Shown in pieces: positions 22,683-35,149 of a stretch of DNA of 64,000 nucleotides. Location of the stretch: the NCBI GenBank assembly GCA_965645245.1, contig OZ287079.1, positions 1,054,001 to 1,118,000 on the forward strand, given 5' to 3'. The notes under the pieces were generated by a model, which was not told the DNA's origin, did not search any database, and worked only from the letters and a program-made list of their open reading frames with translations. Positions within the stretch are counted from its first letter, which is position 1; every line of letters starts with the position of its first letter. Source of the DNA: Massalongia carnosa. Lineage: Eukaryota. The position numbers and the translations under genes were made by a program.

Positions 22683-25600
22683 TCACATCTCATTATGACC
22701 ATTCGCATCGTCCCCTCCGACTCTTGTACCCTGCAACCCCTCCACAAACCCCTTCCAATCTATCGCGCCCTCCCTATCCCTTCCAACCTCCATCCCTTCC
22801 TCCCATCCCTCCCACCCCCCAAGCCCAAGCACGTGTCTCATAGTCGGCCTCCCATGCGGGCAGTTCCACGGCTTGTCGATCTCGCCCATGCGTCTCACCA
22901 GCGCCTCCATCTGCCGCCTCGAAAGCGCTTTCCCAATCATGACGCTCGACCGACACGCGCGCATGGCGAACATGCGGCGCACTTTGCTGGGACGGGGTAT
23001 GCTGTTCTGCAGCAACGTGGCCCCGGAAGCAAGGTTGGCGGCGGAGAAGGTGGACGAGGGAGGGGAGTCGGCAAGCAAAGCGATCAATTCCTCCAGATCG
23101 TTGGTGTCAAAAGTGACTTCGCGGCTCATGGGCAGGGAGAGCAATTTGCAGCGCTGGCCAACCGGATAATTCCCGGATTCGTCAATGGAGACGACAAAGC
23201 CGTTCTTCAGCAGGCTGTCGTTGTTTTCGAGGATAATTTCCTCTTCGATGGCGGTGAGGTCGAGGATGCGGGGTTGGACGAGGCGCTGGTATTGAACTAC
23301 CGTGGAGGATTGGAGGCGCTCGAAATTGTATTTTTCGTCCGAGGCATGCTGGTCGATGATGAAGAGTTCATCGGTTGTAGTAGGAGGTTTTCCAGAACGG
23401 ACGGCTAGGATAAAGCCAAGATTGAACTGGCCGACAATGCGCATTTGGGAGAAATCCTCCTTGGATACTGTCAGTGATAATCGTTCTTCGGCAGAGGTAT
23501 CGTCGTATGGTTCTTCTGGTGTGGTCGTTGGATGGGATTTTGAGCACTGTTGCATTGCACGATGGAGATGTTGTATTTGCTTCTCAATTCGATCAACTGA
23601 CCCTTGGATAACTTGCATGAGCTGAGAGGTAGAGTCTTTCCGTCCAGTCCCTTTCAGTAGCTGATGTGCGCGTTGAATATTATCTGCTGTAGGAAGAGCC
23701 AGCTTTTCCTCGGCTTGCCTTATTAGTGCAGCGACTTTGGCATTTTCTCTAACTTTCTTGTCTTCCTCATTCAAATATTCATCATCAGAGACTTCTTCAT
23801 TTGAAGCGAATCCTAAATCGCGGTTCTCCGCAAGTTCGGGTTCCTCGTCGGTGCCATCCATCGTGTGTGTACGTTCATCCACCATCTCCAATGGGTCAGA
23901 TGCATGAGTGGAGTTTCCTTCCGAATCTTGGTTGAAACTCTTGCCATCGGTTTCTTCCTCAGGGCCTAAGTCTTCATCCGTTATGTTTTCAGAAGCTGCC
24001 AATCGGGCCCCAGGAGCCGCAAACGCCTGCATACTGCAACCAAATGCTTGAGTGAGGGAGTCGTTTGCAGCACATCTTGGCTTTGGTGTGCCACGGGCGG
24101 TGACACTTACTTTCTGGCGCTTAGATAATGGAGCGCCAAGGACTGCAGTGGTAGTCTTTGAGCCAATAGTGATAGTGGCGGTTTCGGGTGCGCTACGCTT
24201 TGGACGCATTCTATCGAAAGCGTTCTGTACAACGCTACCTGTGGCTTTCGATGAGGTCTGGCTCTGAGTCTGGCGCGGATATGGACTACCTCGTAGGGAT
24301 TGTGGCTCTGCTGGACTGGGCGAACGTGTCTCGTTTAACTGAAGTTGAGGCTGCTGTTCGGCTAGCCGTCTGTTAAAGTCATCAACTGGTATAGAATGAG
24401 CATTCTCTAGCGTTATAGGCCTGGCTGGATATGGAATGCCATCATCGTCATTAACATCCTGAGCCATGTCCTTGCCTTTGCTGAGTTTTTCAACAAGCTT
24501 CTGCTTATCCTTTGATAGACCATCGCTTTGGTCGTCTGCTTTTTGAACGAGTTTATTTGCCTGCAGACGATTCCGACTATCCCGGCTCAGGAATTCCTCG
24601 ATCAAGCTGGGAGCATTGGCCTCTCGCACGCCCGTAGCCGGTTCGTATGCCGATAGGTGGGGGTTTTTTATCTCCCTAGGTAATACCAATGACTCGGTCA
24701 CATCATCCTCGAAAGGAGGATTGAAATCCTCACCCTGATTTTTTCTATGGTCAACACGGAGAGGTCTGAAGGCTGGCAGTCTTTGTATTGCTCGTTGTGA
24801 TTGTGGCACTGTCTGTTCTTGCTTCTCGAAAAGTTCTGTCAAGGATTTCTGCAAAAGTCAGAAATCAGTCCAAATGAAAAGAATTCGCATGTACTTTGAG
24901 AGATTCGAGTAGGAAACTTTGATCATGCAACAATATGGTTCGTTTATCTGGCGAAACGTTTACATCGTAGGCGTCTGAAGCTATCAGCAAATAAGCAGCA
25001 CCCCTAGCGAGTACACATACTTGTATCCAACACAATGTTCGCGAATATGAATGGTGACTGGGAAAGATTGTATGACTTGTAGACTTCGTTGAAGACTTTC
25101 GCAACTTGTGGAAGTGCGCAAGGCCTGGCGTTGACAAAAAACATCTGTCGGTCAGGTGCTTGCCTCCCTTCACCAAAGATCGGTCTCGAGACATGGCCCA
25201 GTATCTCGACATTTTTATTCCTTACTGATCAGCTCATCTGAGGCATAATGGACAAATTTATCACTCACTCTGCTTCGGTGTGCACCTCCAACGCCGGAAC
25301 TAGGGCTTTGCTGGGTTGCATCTCAAAACTGAGATTCATAGCAACCAAACCAGGCAAAGCTTTAGCACCGTACACATTTGCTATGTTCTCGCGAGTGGTC
25401 GGGTTTGACTTTGTTGAGAAGGCCACAGCCTTTCTGCCTTTGGGCATGACGTTGCTCACTGTAAACTTGGCATTTGTACTGATACAGGCATACGCCTGGA
25501 GCACCCCAAGGACCTTGCCATATTCCCGTTTGATATTTTTCTCCAGTTCTCGCCGCCGAACCGGTAGGTTCATGAAAAGATTCTCCACGGCCACGGTTGT

Positions 25601-26191
25601 CCCTTTCTGGCTGGCGACCACCTGGGCGCCTTTGAGTTTCCCGGAAACTTCGAAGTCAAGCCTCGTACCTTTTGGCGCATCCTTGGCACAAGCAGTAACG
25701 ATATGAAAGCCAGAAACAGCGCAGAGCGAAGATAGAGCTTCACCCCGGAAACCGAAGGTTTTCAGGGAGGTGAGGTCATCGTAGCTCGAGAGCTTCGAAG
25801 TATAGTGCTTGAGTGCTGGAGTAGATAAGTATCACCCTTACCGTTTTGTAGAGTTGGAATACCGATAGTCTCGTAGTTTTGGCTGGAGATGCCCATTCCG
25901 TTATCCTGCACCTCGATGGATTCGAGGCCATTGTTTTTAAAACGAACCTCTATTCCACACACGCCTATTAGTCCTGTAGTTTCTCACGTCCAATACCGAA
26001 TACCAACCAATCGCCGTAGCCTCTGCATCTAAGCTATTTTCCACCAGCTCTTTCACCACCGAGCACAAATCGACAATGACTTGTCCAGACTGGATCTGGT
26101 GGACCTACGAAAACTGTGAGCCACGTGAAGATGTCACTTTCTCAGCGATTTCGCTTACTGTCCGGCCTTCGATTGCCTTGATCGTGGCCAT
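22683..26191 (-). CDS. PMS1: DNA mismatch repair protein PMS1 (MutL family), multi-exon
   Basis: MATIKAIEGRT|VHQIQSGQVIVDLCSVVKELVENSLDA, TFGFRGEALSSL, endonuclease motif DQHASDEKYNFE, ACR and CPHGRP. Confidence 0.96.
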
Positions 26192-26419
26192 TCATCCCAT
26201 ACTGACCAAAACACACCGCTGAAATCGGTCCTAGGAATGGCTTGAAATCCACTAAAGTCCGTTTTGTTTACAAACGAGTTCTTTTTGTCTTCAGTTCACG
26301 CTCCAGCTCCACTTCATCTTTGATCGATAACTGATATGAATCGGGCTGTGACATGCAGGAGGCGTATGCCGAATGCAGATGCAGTCATTGAATCGGGTAG
26401 AGTTGGGTTAAATTTAGCA

Positions 26420-26455
26420 GCAAGATGCACAGCAAGATGCACGGCAAGACGCACA
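26420..26455. repeat. 12-bp tandem repeat x3 (GCAAGAYGCACR)
   Basis: GCAAGATGCACA GCAAGATGCACG GCAAGACGCACA in the PMS1/areB divergent intergenic region. Confidence 0.8.
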
Positions 26456-27098
26456 ACAACAACGACGATGCTCTCTGCCTTATGTAAGTAATTCGTTAAC
26501 GTTATGCAGCCACTTCTTGGTGGGGGGTTTCCCCCTGGCGATGTACAGTATACATGTACTTACATATATCCCCTAGCTAGCCCCTAGTTAGCCCCAAGTA
26601 CCTTCAAATTACGGGTAAGATTAGGTGATTAGATCCCTTCCTCTTAGGCGTTGGACAGGCTTAATTCGCGAAGAAGTCTCGAAATCGATTAAACAGATTT
26701 GACCCTATTATCGCGAGCTTGGAGATCTTCTATCTTCTATCCATATCATCTGGAAACATCTTCATCCGCCAGCATCCTCATTCCTTACATCCTTTCTATA
26801 CTTCCCAGATGTGACCTCTCATCAGATCCCGAGTCTAATCCATTTCTTACGTGTAACTGTCACTCCTTAACTTAATTGTCACTCTCTTGTACAATAACAC
26901 CCCAATCCCGGTTCTGGCTATTTACCCAACTCAACAACCAAAATTGTGCTTCAGTGATCGTGCCGCCATCGACGTGCTTCCGATCCATCTAATTGCAGAT
27001 TTAACCTCGCGTCTTACTTCACTCTCATTTGAAAAACAACGTTCTAGATTAACTCCATTATAACCGCAGCAACTCAGGCAGCATTGTACGACTAATCC

Positions 27099-28610
27099 AT
27101 GTTCAAACCCTCCGTTTCCATCAGCTCAACACCATCGACACGAGTCTCAGACCTCTCACTATTCACTACGGCTCCTTCGGCGATCGACGGGGGACTGGCG
27201 CCCACATCAGTGCTGGGTCACGACATGTCTCGATCTTCATCCACAACCACATTGGTCCAGTATCAGCAAGCCCCAACACATCTTAATCACACGCGCCCGG
27301 CGCTCTCCACCTTGGCTTCACTGGCATCTGATGGTTCCTCACATCCTAGGTACGTTGCTTTTATCGTACGATAATCTTATTTCATGCGACTCGAAATTTA
27401 ATCGTCGCTCGAGCAGTCTTATCTTATGCCGGGTGCTCTGGCATCGGAAATAACGATAACGATGCTGACCACCTCCCACAATAACAGGGCCTACAGCAAT
27501 GGTAGCCACATCATGATGAACTACGCTACCTCGTCTCCTGCAGCGACGACTGGTGGTGGTCAGGGTAATAATAATATTCCGGTGAGTTGGGCACCTTCCT
27601 CATCTCAACCCTGCCTAAGCCTCGGCCGTATCCTCTTATCGCTAAATTTCTTGACCGCTCCAAATTCCTTATCGCTTCATACTCCAACATGGCAACTTTC
27701 ACTGACCATGAACGTGAGAATATACAGCCTGTATGTCAGAATTGTACGACGTCAACAACGCCACTTTGGCGTAGGGATGAAATCGGTTCAGTCCTATGCA
27801 ATGCTTGTGGTCTGTTTCTCAAGCTGCACGGGACACCCCGTCCGATAAGCCTCAAGACCGATGTAATCAAGAGTCGCAACCGGGTTAAGACCGCCTCGCA
27901 GGCGCAAAAGAAGAAGGTAGGCATCTATTTGCGCAACCTACCTTAGACGCGTCTAACTTGCACAGTCACTCTTTGAAGGTAACGGGATCTCCGCTTCGCG
28001 ATCGGAGGCTGGCACTCCACCGCCGAGTCATCTCAATCATCGACGAGCGTCGCGCAAAAACACTCCCGGTGAATCTGAGCGCTCCTTCTCCCCAGTCTCT
28101 CGTACCGAAACCCCTACCATCCACCCTCCCTCGAATATTGCGCCTCAACACATTTTCGACGGCGTCTCTCTGTCCGACCAAACCTTTCAGCCTTCTCCTT
28201 CATTACCATCTTTAAACCTACGCCATCCCTCTCCTGGTTCAACTTGCTCCGTCAGCGACCGTCACCTGGAACCACCTCAGACCTACGAAGTGTTGCTACA
28301 ATCGAACACAACCCTCAAGACTCGAGTTAGCGAACTCGAAGTTATTAACGATCTTTTTCGAGGAAGGGTCGCTCAACTCGAACAGAGCGACGCCAATGCT
28401 CGTCGGACGGAAATTGTGCAACGAGATTTGGAGAATCAGCTGCGTCAGCTGCTGGAGCAGTCCCAGGCCCGAGAAATTGAGTTGAAACGACAAATCAAGG
28501 AGTTGGAGCGTGAAGTCGCGGGCTCGAGGGAACCGGAACCTGGAGCCAAACGACAGCGCCTGTCAGGTGATTGCGAGTACCCCGATCCTCCTCTGCCGTT
28601 CATTCCTTAG
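27099..28610 (+). CDS. areB: GATA zinc finger/leucine zipper transcription factor, AreB/Asd4 type
   Basis: [33 protein letters not shown] finger and C-terminal zipper [23 protein letters not shown]. Exons 27099-27349, 27488-27581, 27728-27916 and 27966-28610 splice in frame. Confidence 0.9.
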
Positions 28611-29570
28611 GAAGTGGCTATAAAGATTGCTGACATGATGTGTGGATCATCATCATGAGCCCTTTTCACCTTTCCAATTTGGTAGGAGCTGGACCCGCAG
28701 GGCGAAATCCCTCAGTCTTCCACCTTTCAGATCTTTCAACGCGCGTCGAGATGTTAACGGCTTTCAATATCGCCCTTTTCCCCGTGGAGCAATGTAAGCA
28801 CTCTATGTCAACTGTTCGCCATCACTTCGACCATCTTTCTCTGTAATTTCAAACGATATCATATCCAGCAACGAATTCCCTAACATACATTCTTACCAAA
28901 TCAGCCCTGCACCCTGTCACTTATAGTCAAAGTCTCTCCACAAACCTTCGTCATCCATCCTAAGTTAATCTACCACACACTAGGTTTGGATAAGTGGGGG
29001 AAAAATGTTTAGTCGGTGTCTCGATCGATTTATTTTCATGTTTCTCAGCAGGAGCACACTTGTACTTTTATAACGAGTTTTTTCCCCCTAGCGTAGAGGG
29101 AGAGAGGTGCAATGTATTTGACTCACCTACCCTACCTACCTATGTATTCTAGTAACGAAGATAAAAAAGGCGAGAGGGGCGGATATCTTCCTTGTTTTGA
29201 GCGGGCACGTTTCACAAGTTTGTGAATGGAAGAAAGAGTCAGGAGCGAACATGTTGTTCGAACCTTTTCGAATTCATCCATTGTATCACAATACATTTCC
29301 CATTTTATCATAAATGCAACCTTCATCCAAGGAAGAACGTATACTTATACTTGTAAAGTCACGGAATCGGGATACGTGTTTCGCTATTAAGCTAATTCCT
29401 CTCCGGGGTGGCCTGCAGCGCACCATAAAAAGACCTATCACCCTTTGCGAAAAGCCACCCGCGCCCCTGCCCAAGATCATACTCCAATCAAAAGCGAACC
29501 AGAAAACCAGCACCATGCATATCATAGCGGATCCCTCCCACCCACCACCCTTGATTACCCCGGATAAAAC

Positions 29571-31196
29571 TCAATGTCCAAACCTCTCCGGCAGGGCCAC
29601 AGGCGCGATCAAGCTCCAGCTGTAAATGCCATAGCACACCCACGCGCTCACAATCTTGACCCAACTGGCCCAATACGTGCGCCCAACGGCGACGAAGTCG
29701 CTCGTCGAGTCGTAGTCAATGTTCTGCGTCAGCAGCGTAGCAACCCACGTCGTAGCCAGCAGGAAGATGACGTGAAAGAGTGAGTAGTTGTACTGCGTGC
29801 CGGAGCGCTCGTCGTCTTTTCCGCCGCGGCCGTCGTCTTGCGAGGGGTCATCGTCATCATCATCATCGTCGAGGGCATTAGCAGGCAAGCTGCCCGCCTC
29901 GACGGCAGCACGGAGGGCCTCAGCGCGCATTTCGCGCCGGTTGTTGCTGGGTTGCTGGTCTATAAGACCGTGCTCGATTTCCTCGTCGGCAAGTTTGGAG
30001 TACGGGTGGCTGCCCTGGGAGCCAAGAGCGATACCTTGGGTTGCGGCGCGTGTAGTGGTGTAGGCGATTGTGAGCATGGTGACGATGGCGCCAATGACGA
30101 TGGAGGCGGTACGAGTGCCACGCGCACGGATTAAAGGGTTGCAGTTGCGGTCGTCGGGCTCCATGGAGACGGCGGACATGGTTAGGTAGGTGCAGTAGAT
30201 GGCTACCATGGCGGATTGGGCAAGGCCGGCTTGTGGGTTGAATTCTTGCACCGTGGGATGCACGGAGATGGCGGAGATGATGAGGAGGACGATTAGGTTA
30301 ACCTTGAAGATGATTAGTTTTTTTTAATTCCTATTAGTAAGATTTTCAAGCAGAAAGAGACCTACAGTGATTGCAGCTTGATTCATGGAACATCCTCCGT
30401 GTGCAAAGAAGATGTACATTATTATGGTCATAGCAAAGGATGCGGTATACATTCCCAGGGTGGACCCAATTAGGAGGAATCTCCAGCCTTTCGAATCGTA
30501 GGTTTCAATCTTATCGAGGCAGTATTCAGCCCATGTATGAGCAAGGTCCACCAGTAGAATAAGTCCCAGTAGGACAAAGAGCATAGCGCCCGCGAGTGCG
30601 AAATATTGACCCCAGACTTGAAAGAAGCTATCGGGGATCAAGAAAGTGAAAACCACGAATGCCAGCCACAAGATAATTTTGGGTCCCCAATAGCCATTCT
30701 GGAGAGCTGCTCGACCGTCTCTAGAAGACTTAACGCCCATGAGGAGCATGGAGAGTATGAAGTGGAAAAGCCCCAGCGCAAAGTTCACTCGCTGAACGGC
30801 GACGAACCCATAGCATTGTTTTCCTTGACAAGATATAGTCATATAGTCCAAAGTAAGGTGTTCTAGTTTCTTCAGCGCCCATGGTGTAAGCATTAGCCAT
30901 GATATTATAGAGTTCACTAGGAGGAGGAGCGCATAGGCAATCCGAGTGGCCATGCTGCGCAAACATCATAGTTAGCGGGAGTGGTTCAGTGTAGAGATGA
31001 GACACACCTGCTCTGGAAATTTCCGCAGGCACTACAAACTGCTGAACAGGTCGCCGCCCCACAGCATGAGGCTCCGAATGTGACCAGCTGGGCAGCCCGT
31101 CAGTTAAGCAAAGAAACTTTGGATGTCGCATGCAGGATAACATACAGTGCCCATACTTGGTAGAACAAGCAAAGGAAGGGAAAGTAAAGCCCCCAT
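29571..31196 (-). CDS. TMS1: Serinc/TMS1 family membrane protein, multi-exon
   Basis: MGALLSLPLL...SCCGAATCS, ATRIAYALLLLVNS, LILLVDLAHTWAE, GLAQSAMVAIYCTYLTMSA, WVKIVSAWVCYGIYSWSLIAP. Confidence 0.93.
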
Positions 31197-31764
31197 GATG
31201 AATTAGATTTATGTTAATCGACTTATTGAAGTATTATGATGGTGGAGACAGATGACGTTGCGCTTCAATGCTGTAAATGATGATGAGCCTTATGAGGCGC
31301 AGGGTCATTCATCCAGATGCTCCGATGTGGCTCCGGCATCCCAACGAACTCAGCATAAAACCTCGAATTAGTTAGTCTTGTATTTCTTCATTTGGTCAAG
31401 CGGGCTTATTAAATCTACAGTTGTTTAAGCTATTCTGGTCGAGCCCGTTCGATAAGACCAACACTGACCACCAAGCCACGGCACGGGCACGGTGCTAGGT
31501 ATTCCGACCTATTGACTGCCAAAGATAATAATAATAAATGTCATTTAAAATGTATCTATCGAAGTGATTCTCTGAACCACAATCAAATAAGCTCAACGTA
31601 CTCATCGAACCTTTAACCGCAAACACCAGGCAAACAGCCTCCGCTCCACCCGTCTTTCAATCGGAAACTACGAGACTCGTCTATTGGCATCTGTCGGAGA
31701 CATTACTCCAATGCTACTACGATAATTTGTTGGATACGTCATTTGGGGGAGACATTCCTCCACA

Positions 31765-33896
31765 ATGTCCGACACGGAGCTCAGGGCGGCGCGAATGGTT
31801 TCTGTTTTTGCAGCGACTTTGATAGCGTTAGCTTGTGGTACCAATGTCTGTAAGTTATTTGTGGATCTGAGGATAAAGATTAACTAGCCTGATAGTATGC
31901 CTACTCTGCATGGGCCCCGGATTTCGCTTCTATGATGAGGCTCTCGTCAACTCAAAGCAACCTAATCGTGAGTTTGGACCCAAGAAATATGGCCACCAAG
32001 CTGATATAAGCCAGGGCACATGCGCAAATCTGGGCATGTACACGGCCGGTATACCCGTTGGACTTCTAGTAGATGCAAAAGGACCACGGCCAGGAGTGCT
32101 CTTTGGAGCCCTTTCCATGGGAACGGGCTACTACTTGTTGCATAGAGGTACGAGAGATATTAGCGGAGGTTGCAAACACATGTTCTGACGGCTTCCCAGC
32201 TTATGAAGGAGGGCCTGATTCCATCCAGCTGCCGTGGTTGTGTTTCTTTGCCTTGATCACTGGTGTAGGTGGTGCAGCAGCTTTTGCCGGAGCAATCAAA
32301 ACATGTAAGGCAATGCCATTCTTTGTAGTTTTGTTGCTCACGATCTACTGAAGCGGCTTTGAATTATCCTAGCCACCGCGGCACTGCAACAGCCTTTCCG
32401 CTGGCGGCATTCGGCCTCAGTGCCTTTTTCTTCGCCACAATTTCTTCGATAGCATTTGAAGACGAAACCGCGCATTTCCTATTGCTGCTAGCCGTTGGGA
32501 CATTTGCCATGTGCTTTGTGGGCTTCTTCTTTCTTCGCGTCATCCCTACCTCGCCATCATACTTTGCGCTTTCGCCCAGGGCAGACCGTGGGCGCTCCCA
32601 ATCAACCCCTCTAACTCGCTCAAAGTCAGACGAGAGTAAGCGCAGCAGTGGTCGATTATCTCAAGAGCTAGGTAGGCGGCCCATGGTGACGCTTGAAAAT
32701 GCCTCCATCCGTGCCGAGTCCCTAGATGATTCCGGAGAACGTCGCAAAGCACCCGAGGTTCACAACGTGGACACGGATGAGACCTTGTCATTGATATCCC
32801 AGTCCTCCTCGTCCACCCATGGAGATATTCTTTTTCGGGGTGAGGATGATAAAACTGCTACAGTCAATCACTCACATCATGTAGATATCCGAGGGTTGGG
32901 CATGCTTCCAACAATCGAGTTCTGGCAACTATTTTCATTACTAGGTCTCTTGGCCGGCATAGGATTAATGACCATCAAGTGAGCTTTTGCATGTCTACGT
33001 GGCTCTTCGTCATCGCTAACCTCATCCAGTAACGTTGGGAATGATGTAGGGTACTTCGGTGTAGTAGTATTTTGGATCGATGTCTAATTACTTGCAAAGG
33101 CTACAGCGTTATGGAAGCATTATGACGATAGCGCATCGTCGGCTTTCATCCAGAAGCAGCAACTGATCAATGTCTCAGCAATATCCATTTCCAGTTTTTG
33201 CGGTCGATTGCTTAGTGGTAAGCCGAGATCTTCGACTGAAGCTCAAAGTCTAGCCTAACTTCTGCTACAGGCGTGGGGTCCGATCTCATCGTCAGGAAGC
33301 TTCAAATGAGTCGATTCTGGTGTCTATTCGTCTCCAGCGTCACCTTCTGTATTGGCCAAATTTGTGGCGCGTCCATCGCGAACCCCCACATGCTTGTCTT
33401 TGTCTCGAGCTTGACTGGCTGTAAGCTGTGCTCTTTGTGTTCAATGTTCTCTGGCTTTGGTTACTTACTCAAGTACGATCATAGTGGCTTACGGTTTTCT
33501 TTTTGGCGTCTTTCCATCAATCGTAGCCGAAACGTTTGGGATCAACGGGCTTTCTACAAACTGGGGGTTTATGACCTTTTCCCCAGTTGTCTCTGGAAAT
33601 GTTTTCAACATCCTCTATGGTAGGCTTTTACTCACCTCACTACTTATATGTTAGTTGGTTACCTGTTGATCTTGGGTACTGTAGGACGGATCTTTGATTC
33701 TCATTCTATCATTCTCCCGGACGGGCGAAGGGAGTGTCCAGACTCGGTAAGTTGCTACCGCGCAGCCTATTGGGTTACATTTGGAGCCAGTCTCGCAGCC
33801 GTCCTCGTTACTCTATGGAGCATTAGATACGCTCACATGTCGCGGGCGAAGACAGGAAGGTTTAATAGGGACAAAGGGTTTGGCAGGGAGGCTTAG
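31765..33896 (+). CDS. MFS transporter, MCH1/nodulin-like, many introns
   Basis: IALACGTN|YAYSAWAP, NYPSHRGTATAFPLAAFGLSAFFF, EFWQLFSLLGLLAGIGLMTI, YGFLFGVFPSIVAETFG. Confidence 0.88.
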
Positions 33897-34324
33897 AAGC
33901 GACGGTGTTGGTTCCGTGTATGGTTTGCAGCTTCTCTGTGAATTTCTCGTTTTGCGACTATAGATATAGAGCACATAGAACTGTACAACGGGCGCTGTAC
34001 GGCTATATGTGCAGATTTAAATGGATATAAAGGTTTTTGTCATTCTTGATTCATCAGGAAGCTCTTAATCTTCATTAAGTTATTCATGCCAACGTATCAA
34101 GCTTCCATCTGCAATATCCCTTGGAACATATAAGACCGCTATAGCGAGTCTTCCGTATATAGATGTAGATGCACCGATGTATCGAGTCCGTCCTACTTGC
34201 TAGACGGCAGGCTAAGCCAAGTCCCAAATTTGGTATTTCAACGGCACGTGACCGTATACATAACTATTATCCTTCCACCATCTTTACCTTCCACATCCTT
34301 ACATTTTCTTCTTCGCAACAAACC

Positions 34325-35149
34325 ATGTCCATCGCCCTCACCCTCACCCTCACCCTCCGTCCCCACCTCCCAACAGTCTTCCCCCTCATCCGTCATCTCC
34401 TCCATACCTCCCTCCCCCCCAGCCCGCCTCTCCGGCCCGGTGATCCCACCCCCCTCCCCAACAACCATCAATTATCACCTTCCTCCATCCACCATCCCAC
34501 TCACCCCACCTCCTCCCCCAACCATCACGACCTACCCACCTTTCTCGCCCACGCCCACCGTACCTCCCTCTCGCCCACCTCTCCCGTTTACATTGGCACC
34601 TACTACGAATACCTCTGTCTTTCCACCCTCTCCCGTCTAGGCTTCCAGCTTGCCCGCACGGGCGGACGCTCTGACGCCGGTATCGACCTCATTGGCCACT
34701 GGAATTTGCCCTCGCTGCCTTTCCCCCTGCGCGTCCTCGTACAGTGCAAATCGCGCCGTGCGAAAGCCTCTCCGGAGCAGGTGCGGGAGCTAGAAGGCGC
34801 GATGGCGGGGGCTCCTGAAGGGTGGCGCAGTGCAAGGACTATTGGCGTGTTATGTGGGAAGCAGGCGGCGACGAAAGGGGTCAGGGAGGCGGTGCGGCGG
34901 TGTGGGATCCCGTTCGTGTGGGTCATGGTGGAGGACGTGGGGGAGGGGGCGAAAGGAAGGGTGAGGCAGATGCTGTGGAACAGGAAGGTGGCGGAGATGG
35001 GCGGAGAGGGGGTGGGGGTTGGGATCGCACATGTGGTGGGCAAGGGTGAGGAGATGGAAAAGGAGGCGGTGTTGATGTGGGAGGGAAGGGTGTGGGATCC
35101 GGTAGGGAGGGGAGGAGGGGAGTTGGAGGGACAGGGATTGGCTGAATAA
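34325..35149 (+). CDS. RRG7: Required for respiratory growth protein 7 (DUF2034, restriction-endonuclease-like fold)
   Basis: GTYYEYLCLSTL...RTGGRSDAGIDLIGHW...VLVQCK...VRELEG. Likely start is ATG 34325. Confidence 0.85.
   Translation: MSIALTLTLTLRPHLPTVFPLIRHLLHTSLPPSPPLRPGDPTPLPNNHQLSPSSIHHPTHPTSSPNHHDLPTFLAHAHRTSLSPTSPVYIGTYYEYLCLSTLSRLGFQLARTGGRSDAGIDLIGHWNLPSLPFPLRVLVQCKSRRAKASPEQVRELEGAMAGAPEGWRSARTIGVLCGKQAATKGVREAVRRCGIPFVWVMVEDVGEGAKGRVRQMLWNRKVAEMGGEGVGVGIAHVVGKGEEMEKEAVLMWEGRVWDPVGRGGGELEGQGLAE

Noticed and set aside
22650..23408. 252-aa plus-strand ORF and similar antisense ORFs (e.g. 34603-35217, 43646-44221, 53807-54379)
   Set aside because: These are shadows of real genes on the opposite strand in GC-rich, stop-poor DNA, with no recognisable motifs.
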